Shown one piece after another: positions 19,957 through 28,221 of a stretch of DNA of 64,000 bases. Position numbers and translations under genes: made by a program. Within the stretch, counting starts at the first letter, position 1. Every line of letters starts with the position of its first letter. Source of the DNA: Oscillospiraceae bacterium (lineage in GTDB: Bacteria; Bacillota; Clostridia; Oscillospirales; CAG-382); assembly GCA_015064945.1 (NCBI GenBank), contig SVRF01000002.1, forward strand, positions 10,224 through 74,223. The letters are read 5' to 3'. The notes below the pieces were generated by a model, which saw only the letters and a program-made list of their open reading frames with translations, was not told the origin of the DNA and did not search any database.

Positions 19957-20814
19957 CTACACCAATCCGGGGAAGAAATACCTTGCCGCAAAGATAAAAA
20001 GCAAGGTGGCAAGTGACAGGAACATTACGCTGTCAAAACGGTCCATAACGCCGCCGTGACCGGGGAACAGCTTGCCGTAGTCCTTAACGCCGAAGTCACG
20101 CTTAAGGGCGGATGCGCTAAGGTCGCCCAGTTGAGCGATAAGAGAGGCAGGAACAGCAAGTGCCATACGCAACAGATAATTGATGTCACTGCCGAAGGCA
20201 AGGTCCATGACAAGACCGTAAACGGCAAAGCCTACCACTGCACCCACGATACCGCTTACCATACCTGCAACGGTCTTTTTGGGGGAAAGATTGGGGCAAA
20301 GCTTCTTTTTGCCGAAAAGCTTGCCGCCGAAGATTGCAAAGGTGTCGGTCATCCAAGCGGCTATAAGTATAAGCAAATAGTCGTAAACCGCATAGTCACG
20401 CACTTTAACAAAGCTGAAAAAAGCGGCGGCGGCAAAAAACGACATAGCCACCGTTGCCATAAGACGTGACGCCTTAACCTTGCCGAAGGCAAAAACGGAT
20501 ACGCACATAATGTAAAACACATAAATTGAGCACGCTATAAAAATAAGGGTGTAAACATAAGCGTTACGAGGCACCGCCTGAGGAAACATATCCTTTATTC
20601 TTGCGCAAAGTGTCACAACAAAGCAAAAAGCGGCAGAGGGCAGGTTTATGTACCAAAATTTAATGCCGCCAAAGCCTGCACAGCTTGCCAGCTCGTAGCC
20701 TGCCACTGCGGCAAGTATGCCAATAGCGATGGGGAAAACCGCTGTAGACGCAAAATACAGCACGGGGAAAAATATAATAAGGGCAACAATTGCCGTAATT
20801 ACTCTTGTCTTCAT
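19957..20814 (-). CDS. cdsA: Phosphatidate cytidylyltransferase
   Basis: Multi-pass membrane protein with the CDS signature region SALKRDFGVKDYGKLFPGHGGVMDRFDS. The ATG at 20814 is preceded by GAGG; the ORF-track start at 20823 is GTG. Confidence 0.85.
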   Translation of the reverse strand: MKTRVITAIVALIIFFPVLYFASTAVFPIAIGILAAVAGYELASCAGFGGIKFWYINLPSAAFCFVVTLCARIKDMFPQAVPRNAYVYTLIFIACSIYVFYIMCVSVFAFGKVKASRLMATVAMSFFAAAAFFSFVKVRDYAVYDYLLILIAAWMTDTFAIFGGKLFGKKKLCPNLSPKKTVAGMVSGIVGAVVGFAVYGLVMDLAFGSDINYLLRMALAVPASLIAQLGDLSASALKRDFGVKDYGKLFPGHGGVMDRFDSVMFLSLATLLFIFAARYFFPGLV

Positions 20815-20830
20815 AAGAAACACCTCTGTT

Positions 20831-21550
20831 TTATTTTCCGAACCTGCGTTTTCTTCTTCCGAACTCCTCTATAGCCTCATACAGCTTGCCCTCGTCAAAA
20901 TCGGGCCAGAGGGTGTCGGAAAAATAATACTCCGCATAAGCGCTTTGCCACAGCAAAAAGTTGGATATGCGCTTTTCGCCCCCTGTGCGGATAACCAGAT
21001 CGGGGTCGGGCAGGTGGGCGGTATATAGGCGGTCGGAGATAGCCTGCTCCGTAATCTCCGTAACGCCGTCTTTTATCAGCGCCTCTACCGCTTGCTTTAT
21101 CTCGTTCCTGCCGCCGTAGCTAAGAGCGATGCAAAGGGTAAGGCCTGTGTTGTTTTCAAGTTTATTTTGGCTTTCGATAAGAGCTTCCCTGCTTTTTTCG
21201 TCAAAATAAGAAAGGTCGCCCAGTATTCTCAGCTTTATGTTTTTCTTCATCAATTCGGGCACATATTTAATGATATATGCGTGCATTATTTTAAGTATGC
21301 CCTCCACCTCCTCGGCATCTCTTTGCCAATTTTCGGTGGAAAAAGCGTAAACCGTAAGACACTCTATACCAAGGCGGTCGCAAGCGTCCACGGTTTTAAC
21401 AAAGTTCTCACTGCCCACCTTGTGGCCTGCAGTGCGGGGCATGGCACGGCGTGTTGCCCACCTGCCGTTGCCGTCCATAATAATGGCAACGTGACGGGGC
21501 AATACCTTTATATCTGCTTCTTTATTTTTTCTTCTGCCAAACAACGCCAT
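20831..21550 (-). CDS. uppS: Isoprenyl transferase (undecaprenyl diphosphate synthase)
   Basis: HVAIIMDGNGRWA and the RTGGEKRISNFLLWQ motifs. The ATG at 21550 is preceded by GGGGAG; the ORF-track start at 21598 is GTG. Confidence 0.9.
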   Translation of the reverse strand: MALFGRRKNKEADIKVLPRHVAIIMDGNGRWATRRAMPRTAGHKVGSENFVKTVDACDRLGIECLTVYAFSTENWQRDAEEVEGILKIMHAYIIKYVPELMKKNIKLRILGDLSYFDEKSREALIESQNKLENNTGLTLCIALSYGGRNEIKQAVEALIKDGVTEITEQAISDRLYTAHLPDPDLVIRTGGEKRISNFLLWQSAYAEYYFSDTLWPDFDEGKLYEAIEEFGRRKRRFGK

Positions 21551-21614
21551 TTTTATCTCCCCTTCAGTTTTTTGAGGGGTGACGGCTTTTGCCGACACCC
21601 CTACCCTTTTTAAC

Positions 21615-22169
21615 TTAGATTTCCATTATCTCTGCTTTTTTCTTTTCGCTAACCTTATCTACCTCTTTGATATACTTGTCGGTAAGGTCCTGCACTTCTT
21701 TTTCGCTGATCTTCTGTTCGTCCTCGGTCATTTCGCTTGCCTTCTTCATATCTTTGCACTTGTCATTGGCATCTCTGCGGATGTTACGGAGGGCAACCTT
21801 AGCGTCCTCGCCCATATCACGAACCTGCTTGCTAAGCTCTTTTCTGCGCTCCTCGGTAAGTGCGGGGAAAGCAAGGCGAATGCTTTTGCCGTCGCTTTGA
21901 GGGGTGATGCCTATATCGGATGCCTGTATAGCCTTCTCCAAAGCCTTAAGCACAGAGGGATCCCAAGGGGTTATAAGAAGGGTCTTTGGGTCGGGGGTCT
22001 TTACGTCTGCAACCTGATTTACGGGTGTAGGCACGCCGTAATAGGGCACGGAAACCTTGTCAAGCACCTTCGCGCTGGCTCTGCCAACACGGATGCCTGC
22101 CAAATCCTCCTCGTATACGGATATGCTCTTCTTCATTTTCTCTTCAAAAGGCTTGATGTCAAGTTTCAT
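21615..22169 (-). CDS. frr: Ribosome recycling factor
   Basis: 184 aa with a full-length Frr-like sequence (...RIAFPALTEERRKEL..), in the conserved pyrH-frr-uppS position. Confidence 0.95.
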   Translation of the reverse strand: MKLDIKPFEEKMKKSISVYEEDLAGIRVGRASAKVLDKVSVPYYGVPTPVNQVADVKTPDPKTLLITPWDPSVLKALEKAIQASDIGITPQSDGKSIRLAFPALTEERRKELSKQVRDMGEDAKVALRNIRRDANDKCKDMKKASEMTEDEQKISEKEVQDLTDKYIKEVDKVSEKKKAEIMEI

Positions 22170-22219
22170 AAGCTTAAGTTCCTTTCTTACATATATGATT
22201 GTGTATTAATTTTTCCTTT

Positions 22220-22924
22220 TCAAGGATGAACAACGGTGCCCACATCTTCACCCATAAGGGCACGGCGTATGTTATCCGGGTCTTTAAGAGCAAATACCAG
22301 CATACCCATACCGTTTTCCTGACCCATACAGGATGCGGTAGAGTCAACCGCCTTAAGCCCACGCTCGATAACCTCGTCGTAGCTTATGCGGCTGAAGCGC
22401 TTGGCATCAGGGTTTTGCTTAGGATCGCTGTCATAAACACCGTCTATATTCTTGGCGCAAAGAAGCATATCCGCCTCTATCTCCAAAGCTCTGAGCATAG
22501 CGCCCGTATCCGTGGAAAAATAGGGGTTGCCCGTGCCGCAGGCGAAGATAACCGCACTGCCGCCCTCCAGATACTTCTTTGCCAGCTCGGGAGAATAAGG
22601 CTCTGCCAAGCGTTGCACCTGTAAAGGAGAAAGCACGTGAGCATCCAAACCGCATTTAATAAGCGTGTCCTGCACGGCGATGGAGTTTATAAGGGTTGCA
22701 AGCATACCCATACCGTCACTGCGGGAGCGCTCAATATTAATGCCCTGTCTGCCGCGCCAGATATTGCCGCCGCCGATAACTATGGCTATCTGCGCACCCA
22801 GGTCTGCACACTCCTTAACAGCACGGCAAACCTTAGTGGTAAACTCGCCGTCCAAAATGCCGTCGGGAGCGGAAAGCGCCTCGCCTGACAGTTTAAGCAA
22901 CACCCTTTTATACTTTAAGCTCAT
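22220..22924 (-). CDS. pyrH: UMP kinase
   Basis: YKRVLLKLSGEAL N-terminus and an amino-acid-kinase fold; classic position upstream of frr. Confidence 0.95.
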   Translation of the reverse strand: MSLKYKRVLLKLSGEALSAPDGILDGEFTTKVCRAVKECADLGAQIAIVIGGGNIWRGRQGINIERSRSDGMGMLATLINSIAVQDTLIKCGLDAHVLSPLQVQRLAEPYSPELAKKYLEGGSAVIFACGTGNPYFSTDTGAMLRALEIEADMLLCAKNIDGVYDSDPKQNPDAKRFSRISYDEVIERGLKAVDSTASCMGQENGMGMLVFALKDPDNIRRALMGEDVGTVVHP

Positions 22925-22952
22925 TTTGCACCACTCTTTTCTTTATATAAAT

Positions 22953-24365
22953 TTAAACACGTTCCTTTAAAAAATCCTTTAATTGCAAGGGTAAATTATC
23001 GGTCCATCCCAAAAGCTTTGCTGTAAGCCTGCCGATGTAGCAATTTTCTATCTCTGCGGGCTCGTAACGCATTATGTCCTTGTCGAAATACACCGACGCC
23101 AGGTCGTTACCTCTTGCCGTAAGCATCTCCTCGTATAAATCCACAGTGCCGTAGGTATGCAAAAGCTCGTGCATATACAAGGACGGACAGGCAAAATAAT
23201 CACTGTCACCCAAGGGGCTGTAAAACATAACGCAAAACTCGTTAATATACTCGCCCTTCTCTGCAAAATAGCTGTCACAGGGAACGCTGAAGCTTCTGCC
23301 CTGCTTGTTAAAATGAAACATTACGCAGTAGTTGCCCGTAAACCCTTGCGGCAACAGACTTTGGACAAAGACATCGTAACCGCCGTCTTCTGCAAAAACG
23401 GCATTTGCCCAGCTTGCGCCGTTGCTGTAATGAGGCGCCGCAAGGTCAAGCCCCGTATCTTTCCAAATGTAGTCAAAGCTAAGGTCGTTAACACCGTATT
23501 CCTTGCCTTGATTTACGATGTAATCGCCTGCGCGCTCCACCATTGCCATAAGCTCGGCGGCGGCAGAAGCGTCCCACTTTGCATCGCCGTCGTTAACAAA
23601 AAGGTTAACTAAAAGGCAGTTGCCCCTTAGGGTCTTGGCGCTGCCAACGCCCTCGGTATTCACATCGTCCGTAGCCGAGGAAAACGCCGCATCCTCATAT
23701 AAAAACAACAGACTGTCATTAAGACGGTAACCCTCTTCGGTTTCTGCCATTTCAAAGCTGTATATCTGTCCGCCCTTGCTGTACTGAAGCAGGTGAACGC
23801 CCTCTGCCTTCGTGCTCAGATAGCTTACAGCGGCGCCCGCAACATCTGTATCGAAGGATGCGTTGTAGGTACAGCAAAACTCGGTGTCACCCAAATAGTT
23901 TTGCCTGAAGGCGGGGCCGCCTATACGTGGGTAGTGCTCCAGATATTCGGTGGCAATGCCGCTATCTTCGCTGTAAACGGAGAAGAGCAGTTCCTTTAAT
24001 GCGGAAAACTTTTTATACTCGCACTCCCCGCTCAGCGGATAGTACTTGCCGCTTATCTTATAGCCGTAGCTTGCCGTTTCCAAACCCACGGCATAGGGCG
24101 CTAAGGCTTGGTTGGCAAAAATATCTATAACCTTTGCATCCAAAGCAATAAGCTCTGCGGCGGCAGAGCAAAGCTCCGACACGCCATCTTCCGTCACCTC
24201 GTTTTGAGTCTCTTCCTCACTGCTTTCATCCGAGGAGGAAACCAAGCTTAGCTCCGACAATGGTAAAGACGAGCCTTCTTCTATGTCTGAACCCGACGCC
24301 CCGCAAGAGGAAAAGGCAAAGACCAAAGCAAGCAAAAGCGCAAAAAGTCTTATACGCTTGCCCAT
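22953..24365 (-). CDS. Lipoprotein of unknown function with an HExxH motif (putative secreted zinc metallopeptidase)
   Basis: Lipobox MGKRIRLFALLLALVFAFSSCG, using the ATG at 24365. The upstream extension in the ORF track overlaps the preceding gene. Ser/Glu-rich linker, and MHELLHTYG near the C-terminus. Confidence 0.6.
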   Translation of the reverse strand: MGKRIRLFALLLALVFAFSSCGASGSDIEEGSSLPLSELSLVSSSDESSEEETQNEVTEDGVSELCSAAAELIALDAKVIDIFANQALAPYAVGLETASYGYKISGKYYPLSGECEYKKFSALKELLFSVYSEDSGIATEYLEHYPRIGGPAFRQNYLGDTEFCCTYNASFDTDVAGAAVSYLSTKAEGVHLLQYSKGGQIYSFEMAETEEGYRLNDSLLFLYEDAAFSSATDDVNTEGVGSAKTLRGNCLLVNLFVNDGDAKWDASAAAELMAMVERAGDYIVNQGKEYGVNDLSFDYIWKDTGLDLAAPHYSNGASWANAVFAEDGGYDVFVQSLLPQGFTGNYCVMFHFNKQGRSFSVPCDSYFAEKGEYINEFCVMFYSPLGDSDYFACPSLYMHELLHTYGTVDLYEEMLTARGNDLASVYFDKDIMRYEPAEIENCYIGRLTAKLLGWTDNLPLQLKDFLKERV

Positions 24366-24369
24366 AGGC

Positions 24370-25638
24370 CTATTTGACTTTTTTTGCGGCAGACAAACTC
24401 TTTTCAAACTTAAATACAAAATACACCATAGCGGCCAAAGCCAAAAAGCCCATAGCAAGCCACAAGCACCACTTAACGGTCCTGTCAATAACGATATCGT
24501 ACTTTCCGCCAACGGTGGTGGCGATGCTAAACTCTACCTGTACGGTGGTGTCCTGTTTTATGTTTTTTACGGTATAGGTGTAAATGTTGGGGTTAGAGCC
24601 CTGAGTGAGAGAGTCAAGAGCGATATCCGTATTGTTGACCTTAACGCCGGATATCTTATATCCGTCGTTTTGGGTGATATTTATCATAACAGCACCGTTA
24701 AAGCCAACGGTGGAAGCCTTAGGGCTTACCGTGCCGCCCTCACCTGCAGTGCAGGAGAAGGTAAAGCCGCTTGATGAATAATTTTCCGCAACCGCCCACT
24801 GAGCAATATAAGGCTCGTTAAAAGCAAGTGCCTGCTTAAGAGCGCTTGCTTTATCGCCCTCATACTCATAATACTCAAAATTGCTGACAAAATCAGCGCT
24901 GTCTATCTTTGCCTTCAGCGCCCTTGCGTTTTCAAGTGCGGCGCTGTCACCCTTGGGTGCAACCACTCTGAACGCCTTGCCCTTTGCACGCTCTGCCACT
25001 GCAACCGCATCAGCATCGCAATAGCCGCCCACCGCCATAACACGGGTTACGTAGGTGGGATATCTGCAGAAAAAGTCGTACGCGGCGGTAGCGCCTGCAC
25101 CTGTGCCCATAACCACTATGCGATCCTCGAACACAACATTTGTTGCCCTTATTTCGTCAACAAGCTCCTTAACCGTGGACATAACCGTACTTGCGTTGGA
25201 GGTAAACTTGTAATCCTTACCGGTAGCGCTTGTAAAGCTTTGTCCCTTAGGGCATTGGGGAGCAATAACTATATAGCTGTAATCCTTACAGGCATCTTCC
25301 ATATCCGCAGACATAAAATGGCTTAAAAGACTGCCTGCCTGAAGCTGTGCCGTGTTATCGTCACCTTCAGCGCCCTCGTCGTGGAAATAAACAACAACCG
25401 TTGCCTTTACGCTGTCATTCTGAGGATTGTAAGAAGGAGAATTGTATCTGCGATATTTAATATCCATCATATCGCCGGCAAAGCTAAGGTCCTTCGTTTT
25501 TGCTATCATTTGCGCTACCGTTGCGGTAGCGGTATCCTCTGCCGCGGAAGCCGTGGGAACTGCCGCCATAATCATTATAATTACAAACAAAAAGCATATT
25601 ATCTTTTTAAGCACGGTAAACACCAAACCTTTCTGCAT
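24370..25638 (-). CDS. Secreted, C-terminally anchored alpha/beta-hydrolase-like protein lacking the catalytic Ser and His (paralog of 1054-2334)
   Basis: Signal peptide. VVVYFHDEGAEGDDN and YIVIAPQCPKG align with the esterase at 1054-2334, but the nucleophile elbow reads GTGAG. A beta-rich domain plus TM anchor follow. The ATG at 25638 is preceded by AGGGG. Confidence 0.6.
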   Translation of the reverse strand: MQKGLVFTVLKKIICFLFVIIMIMAAVPTASAAEDTATATVAQMIAKTKDLSFAGDMMDIKYRRYNSPSYNPQNDSVKATVVVYFHDEGAEGDDNTAQLQAGSLLSHFMSADMEDACKDYSYIVIAPQCPKGQSFTSATGKDYKFTSNASTVMSTVKELVDEIRATNVVFEDRIVVMGTGAGATAAYDFFCRYPTYVTRVMAVGGYCDADAVAVAERAKGKAFRVVAPKGDSAALENARALKAKIDSADFVSNFEYYEYEGDKASALKQALAFNEPYIAQWAVAENYSSSGFTFSCTAGEGGTVSPKASTVGFNGAVMINITQNDGYKISGVKVNNTDIALDSLTQGSNPNIYTYTVKNIKQDTTVQVEFSIATTVGGKYDIVIDRTVKWCLWLAMGFLALAAMVYFVFKFEKSLSAAKKVK

Positions 25639-25679
25639 ATATAAAGCCCCTAAAGGCACACATATCCTTATAAATATAT

Positions 25680-25707
25680 ATTATATATATTTTACGCTGT
25701 TTGTCAA
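25680..25707 (-). promoter_or_regulatory. Putative sigma-A promoter for the 25638-22953 gene pair
   Basis: On the minus strand: TTGACA (rc 25702-25707), 16-nt spacer, TATAAT (rc 25680-25685). Confidence 0.45.
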
Positions 25708-25719
25708 GCCTTTGCTGTA

Positions 25720-25749
25720 TTGACAAAGAGGGTACTTAGATGTTAAAAT
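25720..25749 (+). promoter_or_regulatory. Putative sigma-A promoter for dut
   Basis: TTGACA (25720-25725), 18-nt spacer, TAAAAT (25744-25749). Because it overlaps the ORF-track ATG at 25740, I prefer the downstream GTG start. Confidence 0.45.
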
Positions 25750-25778
25750 CAACACATAACAGTTTGGAGGTATCAGCC

Positions 25779-26258
25779 GTGGAAAAAGTGGCACGTTTTG
25801 AAAAAATAAGCCTTGACAGATATATAAATGACGCAGGTGCGGAGGCGGCGGAAAGCTATGACGGAATAAAGTTACCCCGCCGTGCGACGGCACATTCCGC
25901 AGGCTATGACTTTTTTGCACCCACGGATGTGTTTTTGCCCGCAGGCGGCAGCGCCGTGGTAAAAACCGGTGTGCGTGCTTTTATGAAGGAGGGCTGGGCT
26001 CTGCTTATCTACCCCAGAAGCGGCTTGGGCTTTAAACTGGGAATACGCCTTGCCAACACGGTGGGCGTTATTGACGGCGACTACTGTTTTTCCGATAACG
26101 AGGGGCATATTATGATAAAGCTGGTCAACGGCGGAGATAGCTCTGTTACCCTAAGCGCAGGCACCGCCGTAGCGCAGGGGATATTCACCCCCTACGGAAT
26201 AACCGAAGACGACTGCGCCACAGCGGCACGCAACGGCGGTTTTGGCAGTACGGATTAG
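25779..26258 (+). CDS. dut: dUTP diphosphatase (trimeric dUTPase family)
   Basis: GYDFFAP, YPRSGLG and GVIDGDY motifs. The GTG at 25779 lies 8 nt after GGAGG; the ORF-track start is 25740. Confidence 0.8.
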   Translation: MEKVARFEKISLDRYINDAGAEAAESYDGIKLPRRATAHSAGYDFFAPTDVFLPAGGSAVVKTGVRAFMKEGWALLIYPRSGLGFKLGIRLANTVGVIDGDYCFSDNEGHIMIKLVNGGDSSVTLSAGTAVAQGIFTPYGITEDDCATAARNGGFGSTD

Positions 26259-26270
26259 GAGTTTTTTGTT

Positions 26271-27083
26271 TTGAGAGAGCAGTTTATATATTCCGATGCC
26301 CCCTTTGGGCATCTTACAAGCCCCACCCTTACGGCGGCAGGGGCAAAGCACCTGTTTACCACCAAGGACGGCGGCGTAAGCACGGGTGTTTACAGCAGTT
26401 TTAACTTTGCCGCAGGCTCGGGAAACCCTGCCGACCCTTGGGAAAACGTGGTGGAAAACCACCGCATTGCGGCGACATATTTAGGTTTTGACACAGGCGA
26501 GGTTTGCCGCAGCTACCAAACCCACAGCAGTACCGTTAAAACCGTGGGTAAGGCAGAGCGCGGCACGGGGCTTACAAAGCCCCCCTTCGACTGCGGCGTA
26601 GACGGCTTGGTATGCTGTGAGGAAGGGGTTTTGCTTTCCGTACGGGGGGCAGACTGCGTTACGGTTTTGCTGTACGACGGAAAAAACCGTGTATGCGGCG
26701 CTTGCCACAGCGGCTGGCGGGGCACGTTGGATAAGATAGCCGCCAAAACCGTAGACGCTATGTGTGCCATAGGTGCTAAGGCGGAGCATATCGTTGCAGC
26801 TATAGGCCCTTCTGCCCGTAGCTGTTGTTACAAGGTGGGCGAGGAGCTTTACGATAATTTTACGGCGGCAGATGCGCAAAACAGCCGTTTTTTCCGCCGA
26901 TGTGAGGATGGGCTGTACCTTGACCTGCAGGGGGCAGTCTGCGCCGCCTTGGGGGAAGCAGGGCTGAGCCATCGGCATATTGCCGACGGGGGCGAATGCA
27001 GTATATGCCGCCCCGACCGCTATTTTTCTCACCGCCGCAGTGGCGTTATGCGTGGGACTATGGCGGCATTTATAGCTTTATAG
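26271..27083 (+). CDS. pgeF: YfiH/PgeF family (DUF152, laccase-domain) protein
   Basis: YQTHSSTV, GADCVTVLLYD, CHSGWRG and C..C....YFSHRR motifs. TTG start 10 nt after AGGAG. Confidence 0.8.
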   Translation: MREQFIYSDAPFGHLTSPTLTAAGAKHLFTTKDGGVSTGVYSSFNFAAGSGNPADPWENVVENHRIAATYLGFDTGEVCRSYQTHSSTVKTVGKAERGTGLTKPPFDCGVDGLVCCEEGVLLSVRGADCVTVLLYDGKNRVCGACHSGWRGTLDKIAAKTVDAMCAIGAKAEHIVAAIGPSARSCCYKVGEELYDNFTAADAQNSRFFRRCEDGLYLDLQGAVCAALGEAGLSHRHIADGGECSICRPDRYFSHRRSGVMRGTMAAFIAL

Positions 27084-27102
27084 AAAAGGAGCGTAGGGTT
27101 TT

Positions 27103-28218
27103 ATGGACGGTGTAAAAATATTTCACATAGCGGACCTGCATCTGGATGCGCCCTTTACGGGGATGAACGCTGCAGAGGCGGCGAGCTGTAAAAACGGGCT
27201 GAGAAGCGCCTTTGCCAAGGCGGTGCTTGCCGCAAAAAACCGTGGAGTACAGCTGTTTTTTATAGCAGGCGACCTGTTTGACGGCGATTTTGTGAGCCCC
27301 GACACCGAAGAGTTTTTGGCAGAAAAATTTGCGTCTTTTCCCGATTGCCGCTTTTTTATAGCGCCCGGCAACCACGACCCCTACACAGCGGGCTCCTTTT
27401 ACGCCAAGGGGCTGTTGCCCTCCAATGTACACGTATTCCGTGACAAGAACCGTGTGGAGCTGGACGATTTGGGCGTGGACGTATACGGCTTTGGCTTCAG
27501 TGGCAAGGAGTGTACGGAAAGTCCCCTTACGGGCTATCCGCCCCTTAGAGAGGACAGGATAAACATACTTGTGTGCCACGGCGACGTAGGTGTGGAAAAC
27601 AGCATCTACGGCCCCATAAAGAAGGAAGAGATAGGGCTGTTGCCCTTTGACTACATAGCCTTGGGGCATATCCACAAGGCAAGCGGGGTGTTGAAGCACA
27701 ACGGAGTACACTACGCCTACAGCGGCTGTATAGAAGGCAGAGGCTTTGACGAGACAGGGGACAAGGGCGGTCTTTACGGCACCGTTGCCAAGGGTGAGGT
27801 ACAGCTTGCCCATTTTTCGCTTTCCATGCGCCGCTACGAAACGGTAGAGGTAGACATAAGCGGTATGGAAAGCCGCCTGCAGGTTACGGACGCCGTGCGT
27901 GAAGCGGTAAAGCCCTACGGGGGTATGCGTGTGCGTGCGGTACTTACGGGCAGACCGAAGACGGCGTTTTTTATCAGTGCCGATATGTTTTCCACAGGTG
28001 GTTCCGACCCTGACTACATAGAGATAAAGGACAAAAGCGTGCCTGCCCTTGACATTAGCGTTATAGAGCAGGAAAACACCCTGCGAGGTGCATTTTTCCG
28101 CCGTATGTCTAAGCGGATAGAAGCGCTTGCAGAGGACGACCCACAGCGTGAAGTGTGTGTTTCCGCCTTAAAGGCAGGGCTTGCCGCCCTTGACGGCAGA
28201 GACCCCACGGAGGTGTAA
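27103..28218 (+). CDS. SbcD/YhaO-like metallophosphoesterase (DNA repair exonuclease family)
   Basis: Calcineurin-like motifs IADLHLD, AGDLFD and PGNHD, plus later GH residues. Adjacent to the Rad50/SbcC-like ATPase. Confidence 0.75.
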   Translation: MDGVKIFHIADLHLDAPFTGMNAAEAASCKNGLRSAFAKAVLAAKNRGVQLFFIAGDLFDGDFVSPDTEEFLAEKFASFPDCRFFIAPGNHDPYTAGSFYAKGLLPSNVHVFRDKNRVELDDLGVDVYGFGFSGKECTESPLTGYPPLREDRINILVCHGDVGVENSIYGPIKKEEIGLLPFDYIALGHIHKASGVLKHNGVHYAYSGCIEGRGFDETGDKGGLYGTVAKGEVQLAHFSLSMRRYETVEVDISGMESRLQVTDAVREAVKPYGGMRVRAVLTGRPKTAFFISADMFSTGGSDPDYIEIKDKSVPALDISVIEQENTLRGAFFRRMSKRIEALAEDDPQREVCVSALKAGLAALDGRDPTEV

Positions 28219-28221
28219 AGG

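Noticed and set aside
19953-20012. N-terminal extensions in the ORF track (dxr, and also uppS, cdsA, ychF, dus, trmL and the lipoproteins)
   Set aside because: The extensions begin at alternative start codons, overlap upstream genes or promoters, and precede canonical conserved N-termini that have their own RBS. I treat them as ORF-calling artefacts.
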